Assembly: GCF_040938485.1 (NCBI RefSeq)
Contig: NW_027272128.1
Location: 248,001-312,000, forward strand
Direction of reading: 5' to 3'
Length of the DNA: 64,000 bases
Source: Diadema antillarum
Taxonomy: Eukaryota
The notes under the pieces were generated by a model that had not been told where the DNA came from, did no database searches, and was given only the letters and a program-made list of their open reading frames with translations. The translations under genes were made by a program, and so were the position numbers. How positions within the stretch are numbered: position 1 is the stretch's first letter; every line of letters begins with the position of its first letter. Positions 40,875 to 54,286 of the stretch are shown here, one piece after another.

Positions 40875-43800
40875 TATAAACTGGTAATGCATTTTTGGCC
40901 ATTAAAGAATAAACGATGACCAGTTTGTTTCTTCATTTCTTCGTGGNNNNNNNNNNNNNNNNNNNNNNNNNNNNNNNNNNNNNNNNNNNNNNNNNNNNNN
41001 NNNNNNNNNNNNNNNNNNNNNNNNNNNNNNNNNNNNNNNNNNNNNNNNNNNNNNNNNNNNNNNNNNNNNNNNNNNNNNNNNNNTTCAAGCTTGCCTCATG
41101 TATGATAAACTGTGTAAATGATTACGTACCCGCTGCCTAATGTCAATTTATTCGCCATTGTCGTGGTTGTATTCTCGTGGAATGCAGAAATATCATATTT
41201 ATCGTCTTCTGCAAATTTGCATTCTTTCCTCACCTCTTGTCCATGTTCCCTCTATAACATGCTGTAGCTATTCTAATGCATTAGGTGTTCCCAGAGTTCT
41301 ATAAGCAATTTTCAGTCATTTAATTTCTGATTTCATTTCTTTGAACTTTCCCACTTCAATCTTACCTGTTAAATGCATAAGAAGAATTAGTAGTAGTTGG
41401 GAATCGTCTGGTTTGATTGGATGTATATCTTGCGAATTGGCCCAATTTTGGAAGCCACATACATTCATCCTTAAGTAGAACGCTACAGTGATACCATTCC
41501 CGATGTTTTCATATACCCTTCGTCTTTGTTTTCTCCTGTTACAAACAAGAGACTGTTCCATAAAAATGAATGCTAACTGAAGGAGCAAAGATGAATTAAC
41601 CCTGAAACTTGATAATAATTTTGGAGCACATTTTTTGTGTCACCGTTTTCTCCTCTCGTCTTCGTTTTCTCCTGTTACAAACAAGAGACTGTTCCATAAA
41701 ATATGAATGCTAACTGAAGGAGTAAAATGAATTAACCCTGAAACTTGATGATAATTTTGGAGCACAATTTTTCGTCTCCATCCATCGGTATTAATTTTAC
41801 GCTAAATTACATTCTCAATTTTCCAGCGCCTCTGTTCTGCCGTGCAGGAGGGCAGAACGTCAGAGGTCGATACCATTCTTCAACAGGGGATGTTCATCAA
41901 CGCAGATGAGGTACTATTTTGTTGATATGTCTGTATGAGCTCTGCAGAGTCATATCATTATGAGTTTTACTTCACATGCAGCGATATAGAGACAAACTGT
42001 AGTGTATACGACATTTCCTGTGTTAGGTCTCGTTGGTGAAAACATTTCTTGTTTTCGTTTCTTTTGTGTAGCTCGCCGTGTGGTAGGTATATAGTGGGAT
42101 GTTTTTACTGTCTTCGTTTTATTGTCTTCGTTCTTAAGCATTATATCCAAGACCATCAATTAATTCAAATAAACATAAGAAAGAAAACAATTATTTGACA
42201 CTACCGATGGCCAAGATAAGAAAGTAATTTTAATTTTGAGTTCATTGTTCGACCGACTGCATGAAATCAAATTCTTTCTGCTTTGCAACGCTGGTAAAAG
42301 TAAACCTACAATAGTATCTGATGTCACTAGGTATTTTTCCGCTGACTCGAATTTATATAGTCTGCGAGGAAAACCTCCATAATTATGTACGACACCAAAA
42401 TTGAACGTGAATTTAATAACGCATTTACAAAACTTGCGGAGAGACGATGCTTCATTTTCGATGACCAAAGCAGGTGCTCCCTTCCGCTTTCTGAATATCC
42501 ATTTTTCCAGCGTGTTCAGCGAGAGTGAATCAATAATTATACTAAATCGTTATGGCTTCAATGTACACGTTGTGTTTGCATGAATTACGTTCATGTGCAC
42601 ACGGACGTAGAACAATACATTTTTTTTTCATGTTATTGAATATACAGCCAAGTTTGACAGTGACCATGCACCACCCCCCCCCCCCCGACAAAACTAAACG
42701 TTAAATTCGTCTTGTGTACCGACATACAATTTACAAGTTAAACGACATTTCCATTGCTCTTTTTACGTTTTAAGTACACTTCTTTATATTTCTGCCATTG
42801 TTGCCATGGTGATGATAGGGCGGTAACATGGTTGCTAAGTCTCTCTACCGCAACCTCCTCATGCTGGCCATAGACTCACTGCAGGTGGAAACAGCCAAGC
42901 TCCTCATCAATCGCGGAATCGACGTCAACCATAAGACTTGGGTGAGGATACGGTTTATGATAATCATGTAGGGGCGGATCCAGGAATTCCGTAAAGAGGG
43001 GGCGCCGGCCTTTACAAAATTAAAGCCCCCCACCCCTCATTTTTCTATTTCTATTTCTTTTGTTTTAACAAAAAGTAAAGGGGGGCGCGCCCGGTGTGCC
43101 CCCGCTTGGATCCGCCACTATCATGGTTTGAGAAACCATGCAGGGTTGCCTCTGATAGCGTATCTAAGCTCTGTCCTTTATGAGGAAGCCTCCCATCACA
43201 ATTTGCCCATGCGCGGCACCACCAGGTACGCCTGGGTCAAGAGGTACAACATCTTGTCCGAGAAAGTATCGATCCTATAGGCCTTAAAGGGATGATATAG
43301 TATTGGTTATGGTGAGGATTCACCTTTTAACTTAGATACTAAGAAACCACGAATGAAATGTAGTAGAGTATACAATTCTAAAAGGAATTCAAATTTTACG
43401 TGATGTAAATCAGTTTGGAAATGGCTGAGATATCAACAAAAAAAAAAAACACACACACAGAGTAAAACACGCAATCCTAATAAAAGATGGGTCCCATCAT
43501 CTAGATCCCTTTGTTTTTGATATCTGAGCCATTCCAAAGCCAATTTTCATCCAATAAGCTTTGACTTCCTCTCAGAATGGTACATGCCCTTTCATATTCC
43601 AAAGGTTTCCCATAATCTCACCAAAGACGTTGGAAACCTGACATTCCATCTCAACCAAAACTATGCCATCCCTTAACCGTTCAGGAGCAAAAATGGGAAA
43701 ACTCTATTTCTCCTTTCTTTCTCTATCTCAACGAATATTTTCTACCCATACATGCATCCAGTGTTGGTTTAATCATCTACTATACCAAATTTGCTGCTTT

Positions 43801-46800
43801 GTTTTGTTTTTGTTAAGACTACGTTTGAATGAAAATCGCTTCCGGTATGTTTGATGCCTCTGCTGCTGCTGAGACCAGAGTCTCGTTCACTACAGCATAA
43901 ACCGACCGTAGAGCGAAGAAGACAATCATTTGCTGCCACACACGCTATGGGATACACCATCAGTATCATCTTTGTTTGTGTTCTCACAGAAATGCAAAAA
44001 TTGATATGCAGTTGAACCATGCTGGACGATTAGAATGCACACACTTACAGACAAAAGTGATTTTCTGTGGATTTGTCTCTATTGCAATATGTTGCAAATT
44101 GAATTGTTGTCATGTATTGGTGGGATTCATTCCCTATATTTGTGCTGTTTAGGTCCTGCATGCTACGCTGTTCCTCACCAAATAATGATATTATCTGGAA
44201 TACAGCCACATCACGCAAGGCAGTGAGATGAAATTGATTTCATTCTATTTATAGGATATCTAAGGACAGATACCATCTATTCTCTTTGAAGAGGCATACT
44301 CTAATCGCATTACAACTCAAGTGGAACATTCGACCTGTCGCTTAAAAGCTGAAAGATAGCATCTATCGTGTTACCATGGTAACTCCATGGTCGTACTTGA
44401 ATCAGTGATCGCCGCTCATGATGTAATGACATTATCTGCATGAAGTGAATTTATACCAAAGCGATGAATACCACACATTTGGTACATGTGTCTTTTGCAT
44501 GCATAGGGAGTGAATGGCAAGCAAGGAGCGCGGGAAATGGCGGTAGAAAACGGGCTGGATGAAATAGTCGAACTTATTGACACCAGGCTTCCTGTTTCAA
44601 AGGTAAGACAAAAAAAACACCAAACAAACAAACAAACAAACAAACAAACAAAAAACAAGAAGAAGAAGAAGAAGCGAAAGTTGCACCCATGCATGTATAC
44701 ATCAACAAACGCACAAACATAAATGTGTCTTTACAAATGCCTATATTATCTTCAAAAGGTGATTTATGGAGATAACATATTACGTTGACATTGCCACACA
44801 CTCTTCCTTTGGTTTGTATAATTAGTAATCTTTCCGTAAATAGAAAAACAAACAAACAAACGAGAAAGATCACCCATACTAAATCTTCACAGCTCCAGAA
44901 TAATTTGATTCGAATGATATACAGATATCGCCCTTTCGAGTTAGTTGAAAAGAATATTAATTGATAAAAATTTGTATGGAAATCAGTGGGAAGCTTTGCA
45001 AGCAATGGCACGACTAAGTTCCCGCATCTAACAATGTCTAATCATTGTAACTCTACAAAAGCCACCAATGTCACTCTTTCATGGCAATACTTTGAAATAC
45101 CATGCCTTCGTTAGTTTGTGCTTGAGTTTGATGAAATAATACCCTTGTGTTTGATGGACTTCACTGCATTTGAATAAGAACGTTAAATCAAATTCCCATC
45201 CAATCTGATACACTTTTATCATCCTGGTCCGAGTGATTCAGTGGTATAGGAATTTAGGTGCATCAGAACAGACAATACGATTATTTCGTGAATGGGGGGG
45301 GGGATGGTAGGAATGTGTGAAGAAATTTATTAAGTTCTTAAATGCAGTATACTTGTTTAAGCTTAAGAAACAACTCAAAACAGCAACTCAAATATTCAGG
45401 GCAAACAGCTAAATACATTCGCGACCTTACAACTTTTAAACTCTAAGATCACATCTTTGAAAGTTGAACATCAAAGCTGTGAATATTTATGTGTTAATCT
45501 GCTCAATCAATAATTTATTTTCGAGCCCTTTTTGAAAGCCAAAAGTTTTTCACTCTTATTCAGTGTTATGAGGAAACTGTTCAGCATTATACAGGCCTCT
45601 CCATAATGTTTTCACACATTTGGTTCCTTAAGGGTACAACGTGGCACTGTAGAGGTGTAACATAACACATCAAGGGTGGCAGTATAAAATAGAAATATTT
45701 CCTCTTTTCCTTTCAGCGATTGTTTAACGCTGTCACGGATGGTCAACAAAGCACAGTGGAAAACCTGGTGAAGCATTTAGACGCCGATTTGAACATGAAA
45801 ATTGTGAGTATCCTACTTCTGTCAAGTTACAATAATGATTAACAGAATGATAACTACATAATAGTATACAATAATGTATATTAAAGTATGGTCTGTCCTT
45901 GGCTCTATTACTCATACCATACCAAAATGTACCGAGATATAATGACTGTCTTGTAGTGACGCCACAAATTGTAGTGGTCTTCTCATTCAGCGATGGTGGC
46001 ACCAAAACTCTAAAAATGCATAACTTTTCAACGGATTTGCCGATTTTCTTCCAAATTCGCTGGTGTCTTTTGCTAACATTGCTGCATTTATTCAATCCAC
46101 ATGTTGGGTTTCATTTCCTCCTACTAACAACGTTGAGCTGGATAGGGAATGAGTGTCTTTAAATCAAGCCTTTGAACCAGTCTTTTTTTCCTGTGAATGG
46201 TAAAAATGGAATGTAAAAATCACACAAATTGGCAGGATGTTGTCACTGATTGAGAATGCTTGATGGCGCTGGTAATTCTATTTATTGAAATAAATTGTCT
46301 CGTGATTTCATTGAGATTTAACCTTTTTTTTTCTACAGGCCCTAATTCCGTTTTTGTTTTTATGCCTCCGCCACGAAGTGGTGCCGGAGGCATTATGTTT
46401 TCGGGTTGTCCGTCCGTCCGTCCGTCCTTCCGTCCGTCCGTAATGAATTTTGTGGACAAGGTAACTATCAAAACCTTTTGAGGTATCCTAATGAAACTTG
46501 GCATGTATGTATATCAGGGGCTAAACTTGTGCCTATCAACTTTTGGGTGCACATGCTCAAGGTCAAAGGTCAAAAGGTCAAGGTCAAATACATACAATTT
46601 CACTATTTCCACCATATCTATGCAATGCCTGAAGATATTTTCTTGAAACTAAGTGTATACATGTATTACCCAATTAAGATTCTGTGGTGAAAGTTTGGGT
46701 CATGAGGTCAAAGGTCAAAAGTTCATGGTCAAGTACATAAAATTTCACTATTTCCACCATATCTATGCAATGCCTGAAGATATTTTCTTGAAACTTAGTG

Positions 46801-49800
46801 TATACATGTATTACCCGATTAAGATTCTCTGGTGAAAGTTTGGGTCATGAGGTCAAAGGTCAAAGGTCAAACGGTAAAGTGAAAATGTTCAAACTTCACC
46901 TTTTTTCTCTGTACCTTGGAAATTGTTCAAGGTATCTTCATGGAACATAGTATTTATACATGTACTGACTGGCAGTGATTATCTAGAGAATTTAGGGTTC
47001 ATGGGGTCAAAGGTCAAGGGCAACACTTCAAAATTTCACTATTTCCCTCATGTTTATGCAATGCCAGCAGGATTTTTTTTTTACACTTGGTGTATGCATG
47101 TATAACCTAATAGAGGTTCTCTTGAAAGTTTTTTTCTTTTGTTTTTGCCTCAAAGGTCAAAAGGTCAAAGATCAAGTGAAAGTGCTGAACTAATTTTTTC
47201 CTCCCTATCTCGGAAGTGGCTCAAGTTATCTTGATACGTACTACATATTTATGCATGTTCTGCCTGACAGTGATTATCTTATGAATTTTAGGGTCAAAGG
47301 CCAGATGAAAATGGCAACAATTTACTATTCAATACAGAAATTGCACTTTGTTGAAAATTACTCAATGCATAAATGTATGAATGGGTCAAAGTCAATTTAA
47401 AGTCCTTAAATCCCAAATACATGCTCTCCTATTCATCCAATTAAACCTAGGTCAAGGAAGGTGAACATTCAACACATTTGTGACAAACTTGTCATTTTGT
47501 TATTTTGCCAATTTTGTGAAAATGTAATCACACATTGTCCACATGTACTATCTAGACCTATTAGGAGAATCATGCATTATATGGCGGAGGCATACCAGTC
47601 GCCATAGCGACATTTCTAGTTGTTTTTGTTTTTGTTTTTCTTGTGCAGGACTTGTATGGGGACAAAGCGGCTGGATGCAGCGCCTACACTCTCCTCATGG
47701 TGGCGCTTAAAAACGGTCATGTCGAAATCTGCAATGTCCTCATCGACAAAGGCATCGATCTTGAATTCGAACATCAGGTATATAAAATGAAGCAAGAAAC
47801 GGCTCAATGCGAAATAATTCATGTTTGGCTTTTAGAAGCAACTCATTGCGTAATGTGCACATTGCATTTAAGAAAGAAGTGAACATATACATTAAAAGAA
47901 AGAAGTGAACATTTTTTTTTTCGGGGACCTGATTGAAAACCATATGAACTACTGCAGTATACTGCTTTACACCATTTAAATTCACTATGTATGGCCAAGG
48001 AGGCGATAGGCGAGCTCGCCAAACCTCCTTGATATGATTATGACCAATTAATGAAGTACTAGTACAGTGTACCTGTAATATTATATAAGTCATGCATCGC
48101 AAATTAATGTGTAAATTCGTTTCATCAGGCGTGAAATTACATTTAGGAATCAATTATGTCCAGTTGTGTTCAGCTGTGTTAATGAAAAAACAAACAAACA
48201 AACAAACACAAAATCAACAAACTAACTTGCTTATGCAAAGCCGCAGGAATTCAAAGTCGTATCATACTTCTATAATTCAGGAGTGGGACCGCCCCGATGC
48301 AAACAGTGAGCCAATCCTGGTCGAGTCTTACGATGCGCGTAAACTCGCTGATGACATGGGCATGGTGGGCGTGGCCAAAGCGATCGATAAGCGGAAAGGG
48401 GGAGTCACTGCCGTGGCAAATGGCCATTCAGTCCCACCCGACACGGTGGCGAACGGCACGTCAAAGATCGAGGTATCAATTATTTGTCTTCAAACAATGA
48501 AATTTCATATGTCTATCATCATTTTGCCATGTTTGCATGCCTTAAAAAATTGATGTTTTTCCGTAATGACTGTACTTGCATGAGTGGTACTATGATTAAC
48601 ACGGGGGAATATTTTGACGAAAAAAAGGCTTAATGTACTTGACTTTATGGAAAGTTATGACTTTGTACCTTTGTGTGTGTGCACGCACGCGCGCGCGCGT
48701 GGAATTCTAAAAACAAAATACATGTTATGTCACATTCAAGCCTTGCTCTACAGAAAAAAAAAGAATATAATCTGACCAAAAATGCATATTATTAGAATGA
48801 AAATTTCGACCAAGTATATATGACTCCAGAATTATGCTTATGATTTGCCCATATCGCAGTAGTGGATTATGATAACCGAAACACCAAAATTATGATTATA
48901 AGGTGGAGAAGAAAAGGGTGAAGACGAAAATTGCTTGTGAAATAATAATCGCATGGTGAAACGGTGACGTACTATAATAATTTTTGATTACAGTACTGAA
49001 GCGACAGGCCAGTTAATTGATCCAGTCAAATTTATGGATATACGTTTCTTTTAAATCAACGAGTTATCCGATCGACCTTTTGTTTCCGATTACGTTTCAG
49101 ACGTTGAATTCCACTTTTCACACATAAGATATTGTTGTAGCTATATGTCGGGTGGTTCTGACACTAATAATGATTTGTCACTAATATAAAACTCATAATT
49201 ATGCATACGCGTAGAACAAAAGATTTAGGCACCTGTGTAATATTACGACATTTTTTTTTTCTGATAAACGGGCTATTTGTAAATTAGCCCGACAAAGAAA
49301 TGACCAACCGCATGCTCTTTATAGATTACACGCAAGTATTGAAATGTGAATAGGAACAAGAGCGTTGAGTATGTGAGGAGTGGGGGGGGGGGGGGGTTCA
49401 GTATGTTTGAAATTTGAATAAGTCAATTCACAGTTACAATTAGCATGTGCAGATTGACGTAACGGCAGTCCTCTTGAAATTGACATGGTAACTGAGGTAT
49501 TTGATAAACTATAATTCTATTCATGAAAACTATGTTATAACTATTCATGTATGAAGCATAGGTGCATATCGAAATGTACAGGTGGATGTGTGTTCATTTC
49601 AATCAAATTAACAAAAAACAGTTCGTGCAACACTTACATGTAAATTGTCGCTTCCATAACACTCTGCTTGGCTAATTTAAACTGATGCTTTTCTAATTAA
49701 AAGATTAATACATATTTGAAAAGTCTGTGGTTCGGAGGTCACTAAATAAGTGTAAACTGGCTTATACGCTATGCATCCATTCAAATGATAGTGAAGTTTT

Positions 49801-51600
49801 GTAAGCAAAATAGTGAAAATTTAAACAATTGTGAAGTTTTGCTAATTTTCATAAATCAGTTCTTGAACAGTCAATATGAATAAATGTATGCAAATGAGTG
49901 AGTTGATGATATTGCTTTATAACTTGGAATATAATTTGTAGACATAAAACCTTGAAACTTCTAGATTTTTTTTAAAAACACAATCATGCCCCAGTCACAA
50001 ATCTTAATAATTATATCTGACTGATCATTATCCTGAAATTCAGCCGTGAATAACACTTTATTAGCACAATATTTTGATTTTTCAGTTGTTGTTAGTGCTG
50101 TGTATGTGATGAAAGGAAAAATGGAGAAGTGATGACATCATCGGCTGACTCACTTTGCATATTCATATCAACTAATTTAGAACTGCATGTGTTTCGAAAA
50201 TGAGCTTATCTTAACATTCCGTGGCTTCCTTATATTAACCGATCTTAATAAGATTTTCACTGTGCTTGTAAAGTTGTTTGTCTTTTTTTTCCATCAAGCT
50301 ATTTCTGGTACAGAAGTGTTCCTTATTAACCCGACCTAATATCCACACAGCAATAATCATACTCATGAATTACTGTTCATCTATTAACGTGTTCTCCATC
50401 ATTAACTGTCCACGCATGCGCTGTATAATGTCGACTTGTCAAGAAATCGGCACCCATCGTTTCTTCCACGCTAACCGAGGTGGATCCCCGCACATCTCAC
50501 TCGAGTCTTCGGGAAACCCATGTGAGCATGCTCCATTCATCCCTCTCTCCCTTTCAGGCGTTTATCATAATATATGGCGCTCTGTCATACCAAGAGTGTT
50601 CCCGGTAATGCTTACAGTGGCGGATCCAGGAGAGGGGGGGGGGGGGGCGCACCGGCCGCCCTTTTTTTTTAATAAAAGAAAAAAAAAAAAAAAGAATTCA
50701 CGGGAGCCTTCTTTTTTGTTGTTGCTGTTGCTTGGCAGCTGATTAAACCCCTTTACGGGTTTTCTGGATCCGCCCCTGGCTTATGCTGTCACCATGGCAG
50801 CAGCCGATAAGTTGTATAGGGAATTGATGCAATTGTGTGTATAAAAAAGTTTTTGTTTGTGTTTTTGTTTGTTTTTATTGTTCCATATTCCATGTTTCCT
50901 AGTAAACCATGATACATAACAATAAATTGAACGTGTGATTGTCCTAACAATGAATAAGAGAATTAACAGGACCTATATGTGAATCTACATCTAAGCATAA
51001 CTTGCAGGGTCTGCTCCTTGCAACTTGCTAGTATCAGACCTTTTAGAATGAAAATTCAAAGTGATTGCTACTTCTGCAGCAACAGCCCCTATCATGATTC
51101 CAAAATTTGTGTAGTTTTTAAACGGTGTTTTCACAGTATACTGAGTTGTTGGTCGGTCAATCTGTTACTTTGCGGATTGTTTCCCCGTTTTGTTTTCTTG
51201 TTATTTCCTGATCACTGTCTTAACATAAGTTCTCTCTAACACAAAAAGAAACGTTCAGTCTCTTGATTTTGTTGAATTCTTGTTGCGAACCTTTGTATTG
51301 ATATCTGCACGTGGCGTTGATGACCAAAAATACCTTTTTCTCTTGATCCCTTTCATGCGTCTTTTTCTATCATTTCTCGATTGCAATTTTAACCCGTACG
51401 TGTAAAGCTATGCTTAAAATGCCTAACAACTGAACACAAGTGTACCACCTGCACGCTACAACTGCATCTTTCAATGTGACAAACTGAGTTTACATTTTTG
51501 TTTTTGTTTTGTTTTCTGTTCCTGTCCCATTATTCTTTGTTGCCAGGTAACGAGACATGACGACACAAGAGCAGCCGCGTGCACCTGTGTGATAACTTGA
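39117..51600 (+). CDS. Ankyrin-repeat protein with C-terminal CaaX motif (about 264 aa)
   Basis: All-phase-0 exons: 39117-39146 (accATGG; MVSAEKETIR), 41827-41910 (RLCSAVQEGRTSEVDTILQQGMFINADE), 42819-42941 (...NLLMLAIDSLQVETAKLLINRGIDVNHKTW), 44507-44602, 45717-45803 (RLFNAVTDGQQSTVENLVKHLDADLNMKI), 47649-47777 (...TLLMVALKNGHVEICNVLIDKGIDLEFEHQ), 48281-48472, 51547-51600 (VTRHDDTRAAACTCVIT*). The ankyrin consensus is clear in exons 3 and 6. The last exon is inferred. Confidence 0.78.
40800..40870. repeat. (TA)n microsatellite
   Basis: Long TA run; others at 14460-14497 and about 28566-28606. Confidence 0.95.
40947..41083. other. Assembly gap
   Basis: Run of N in intron 1 of the ankyrin gene. 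Confidence 0.99.
41520..41770. repeat. Local tandem duplication, about 140-bp unit, 2 copies
   Basis: GTTTTCTCCTGTTACAAACAAGAGACTGTTCCATAAAA...AACCCTGAAACTTGAT...TTTTGGAGCACA occurs twice, just upstream of the exon 2 acceptor. Confidence 0.85.
42969..43120. mobile_element. MITE with YAG..CTR termini and 5-bp TSD (hAT5-like)
   Basis: TCATG|TAGGGGCGGATCCAGG ... TGGATCCGCCACTA|TCATG. Confidence 0.72.
43288..43673. mobile_element. TTAA-type non-autonomous DNA transposon (Kolobok-like)
   Basis: TTAA|AGGGATGATATAGTATTGGTT ... AACCAAAACTATGCCATCCCTTAA; shares GGTGAGGRTTCA with the 5761 element. Confidence 0.55.
46357..47621 (+). mobile_element. Helentron-associated interspersed element (HINE/DINE-like)
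   Basis: T-run, subterminal IR TATGCCTCCGCC (46361), (CCGT)n microsatellite and internal 145-bp tandem units. The 3' end has the subterminal IR GGCGGAGGCATA (47583), the palindrome GTCGCC-AT-AGCGAC and TTCTAGTT. Confidence 0.82.
50615..50778. mobile_element. MITE with YAG..CTR termini and 5-bp TSD (hAT5-like)
   Basis: GCTTA|CAGTGGCGGATCCAGG ... CTGGATCCGCCCCTG|GCTTA. Confidence 0.75.
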
Positions 51601-53859
51601 CGATTTCCCCTTTTATTCGAGGAGCGGAGGTTGTTTATAGGACTGTTATAGATGCAATCATTCACCAGCTAAAACATTGACATGTTACATAATGAATCAT
51701 TGCCATGGCAACATTCCAGTGACGTCACCTATGATTACAGCGGTGTATACACCTTGGATAATTCAAGTGATGGGTGTCTGATTTGTACACTTGTAATCAA
51801 AACTCAATTCTGCTTGTATGATGACAATACATTTTATAAGTAGGTGGAGCTCTCCTAACAGCCAGTGGCCTCCACCTTTACGTTTCTAGAAGTGTAAAAG
51901 GTTGAAAAGTGCCTCGATGAATAGAAATGCGCCAACATCGCCACGATGATGCCATTTCCGGTAAACCTCGCAAAAAACAACAACAACAAGCAAACAAAAA
52001 CCCCCTCTGAATGGCGCGTCGTTCTCAGATACAGCTCGATCTGTATATATCTCATAAAAGACGGGTTTGACTCGTCGTTGCGGATGGTATAGAGCTATCT
52101 TGAGACAAGTACTTAGCTTTTAAAGCACTGTTCTGTACTTTTTGCGTCATCAGAAGACAATGATAACTTTTTTCGGGTTTTTTTTTTTCATTCTTAACGC
52201 CTCTGACAAAGAGTATGCAACTCAATGTGTTTCATCTCATTTCAACATTGAATATTATGCTTTGTAACTGATCACATCACGAATTATGACTTGAAGAGCA
52301 CAGACGGTTGAACGTTCTCAATTTTAAGGGTTGGAAACTGACGGTGAAGTTAACTGAGATAAACGTAAACTTTTGCTATAAGGTCAAAAGTATTGAATCA
52401 CTTCCTGGTTTTTTATTGTCCAATAGCGACTGTCATGTGACTGTAGTGCCTTGGTTACCTCCGCATGGAAAAAAATGAGATACTGAAAGAATGTGAGGTC
52501 TCATTTTAAACGAATACATTGTACGCAGCATGACACCAATATCACTAATAATGTGCCCACAGTGGGCAAGACTGAGTACTGAAAATATATTATAGATTAT
52601 AGTATCACCATCATTGCGTGGGGATATATCTAATTTGGAGGGGTCACACAGATCTAATACACTAAATGGTAAATGTAAATGTTAATGGGGCTCAGAAGTA
52701 AGCTCAGTATCGAAAATTGCATAATGTGCCAGTCAAATTAGCAATCTGCATGAAGCCAATAAACTGAATCAAAATGTAGGCAAACATCATTATCCAAGAT
52801 AACGATTCATAAAAACGTTACTAGTCACGTAAATATGGTATTATGGTGGAAAAGCATTGACACTGGAATGCAATAGCAATCTAAACATTTATTATTACTG
52901 GGATAAAAAAACAAACAAACAAATAAACAAACCCAAACCTACACAAAAACAGAAAGTAACACCTTATTTACTTGACTTATCACGTTTTCATGTATATAAA
53001 ATCATTTCGGATAATGAGGTTTACCTGAATTTTAATCCAGTTTATCGTTTCTCAAATCGCTATAAGTTATCATCATCATTCATCGACAGTGCTCTTGAGG
53101 TAGCCGACACTCGGGCGTTGCATTTTTGACTGAGCGAGTGGCAATGATATCAGGTCTTGGCAATCAAACGATATTTTCCCTTGAATCATACCATTCCAAA
53201 ATCTTCCATCACGACTCCAAGATTATCAAAGTCGTGTTAACGTTTTTATCTATTTTTAATCATTACATCATCCGAACCCGATCTTTCCGTGTACCCCGAG
53301 TTGAGTTTGGGATAAGTTTGGGATGATGGGCAAACGGGGAGAAAAATAAAATATGTGCAATAGGCGATTGTACGTGTAGAGGCAATGTCTACCAAAGAAC
53401 ATCTCGGACTGGAGTTTGTGTCACATGTGAATTCCGTGTACTAACTATCTAAAGAGATATCGTTTTATGTGATGTGGCCCGGTGCTTGTATGTGCGTGGA
53501 TGTACACATCCCAAGCAACGTGGATAATTATGAAACTCAAGTGAAACCTTGTACTTGATGAACGTCCCTGTGAAATGTTTATATAATGATATTATTGATG
53601 TTATGGAAAACCATTGATGATTTGTACATATTGTTCCAGACACTTAATATAATAAAAATACCCATGAACGTCATTTTCGGTGTTCTTGTTCTTCCTTTCT
53701 TTCTGCTGCTATCTGGTTTTCTACACAGGAACAATTAACCATATATATATTTTTTTCATTACACGATTAAGAGACCAGACAGTATTCTGTACGTGGATAG
53801 GCCAAACAACATTATTTTCGTCTCATGATATGCTCTTTTCTCACTTCACCTCCTCTATC

Positions 53860-53943
53860 TCTCTCTCTTCTTTTCTCTCTGTCAGTCTGTTTGTTTGTCT
53901 GTCAATATCTGTCCCCATCTTCCCTTCCTGTCTGTCCATCACA

Positions 53944-54018
<75 letters not shown>

Positions 54019-54071
54019 GCTCTGTCAGTCTGTTTGAATCTGTCCCCATCTTCTCCTTCCCCTGTCTGTCC

Positions 54072-54112
<41 letters not shown>

Positions 54113-54125
54113 CCTAGCACACATA
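53860..54125. repeat. Duplicated compound microsatellite (CT)n-spacer-(CA)n
   Basis: The spacer CTCTGTCAGTCTGTTTG...ATCTGTCCCCATCTTC...CCTGTCTGTCCA occurs twice, each time between a CT run and a CA run. Confidence 0.8.
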
Positions 54126-54286
54126 TACACACGGGAGTTCGAGATCATACTAACCTTAAAAAAAAAGATCACCAATGGTTGAAGAATCATGAAGACAAGT
54201 TTTGTTTAAGCTGTTAAAAAAGAATAACCTGCAATTGTATCATTTACTGCTTAATCGCATACGTTAAAAACTCATGATTAATAGAT

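Noticed and set aside
46406-47105. Repeated ORFs (YFHHIYAMPEDIFLKLSVYMYYPIKILW)
   Set aside because: They come from the 145-bp internal repeats of the non-coding Helentron-associated element.
50558-50604. Possible extra ankyrin-gene exon (AFIIIYGALSYQECS)
   Set aside because: 47 nt would shift the frame between phase-0 neighbours, and nothing else supports it.
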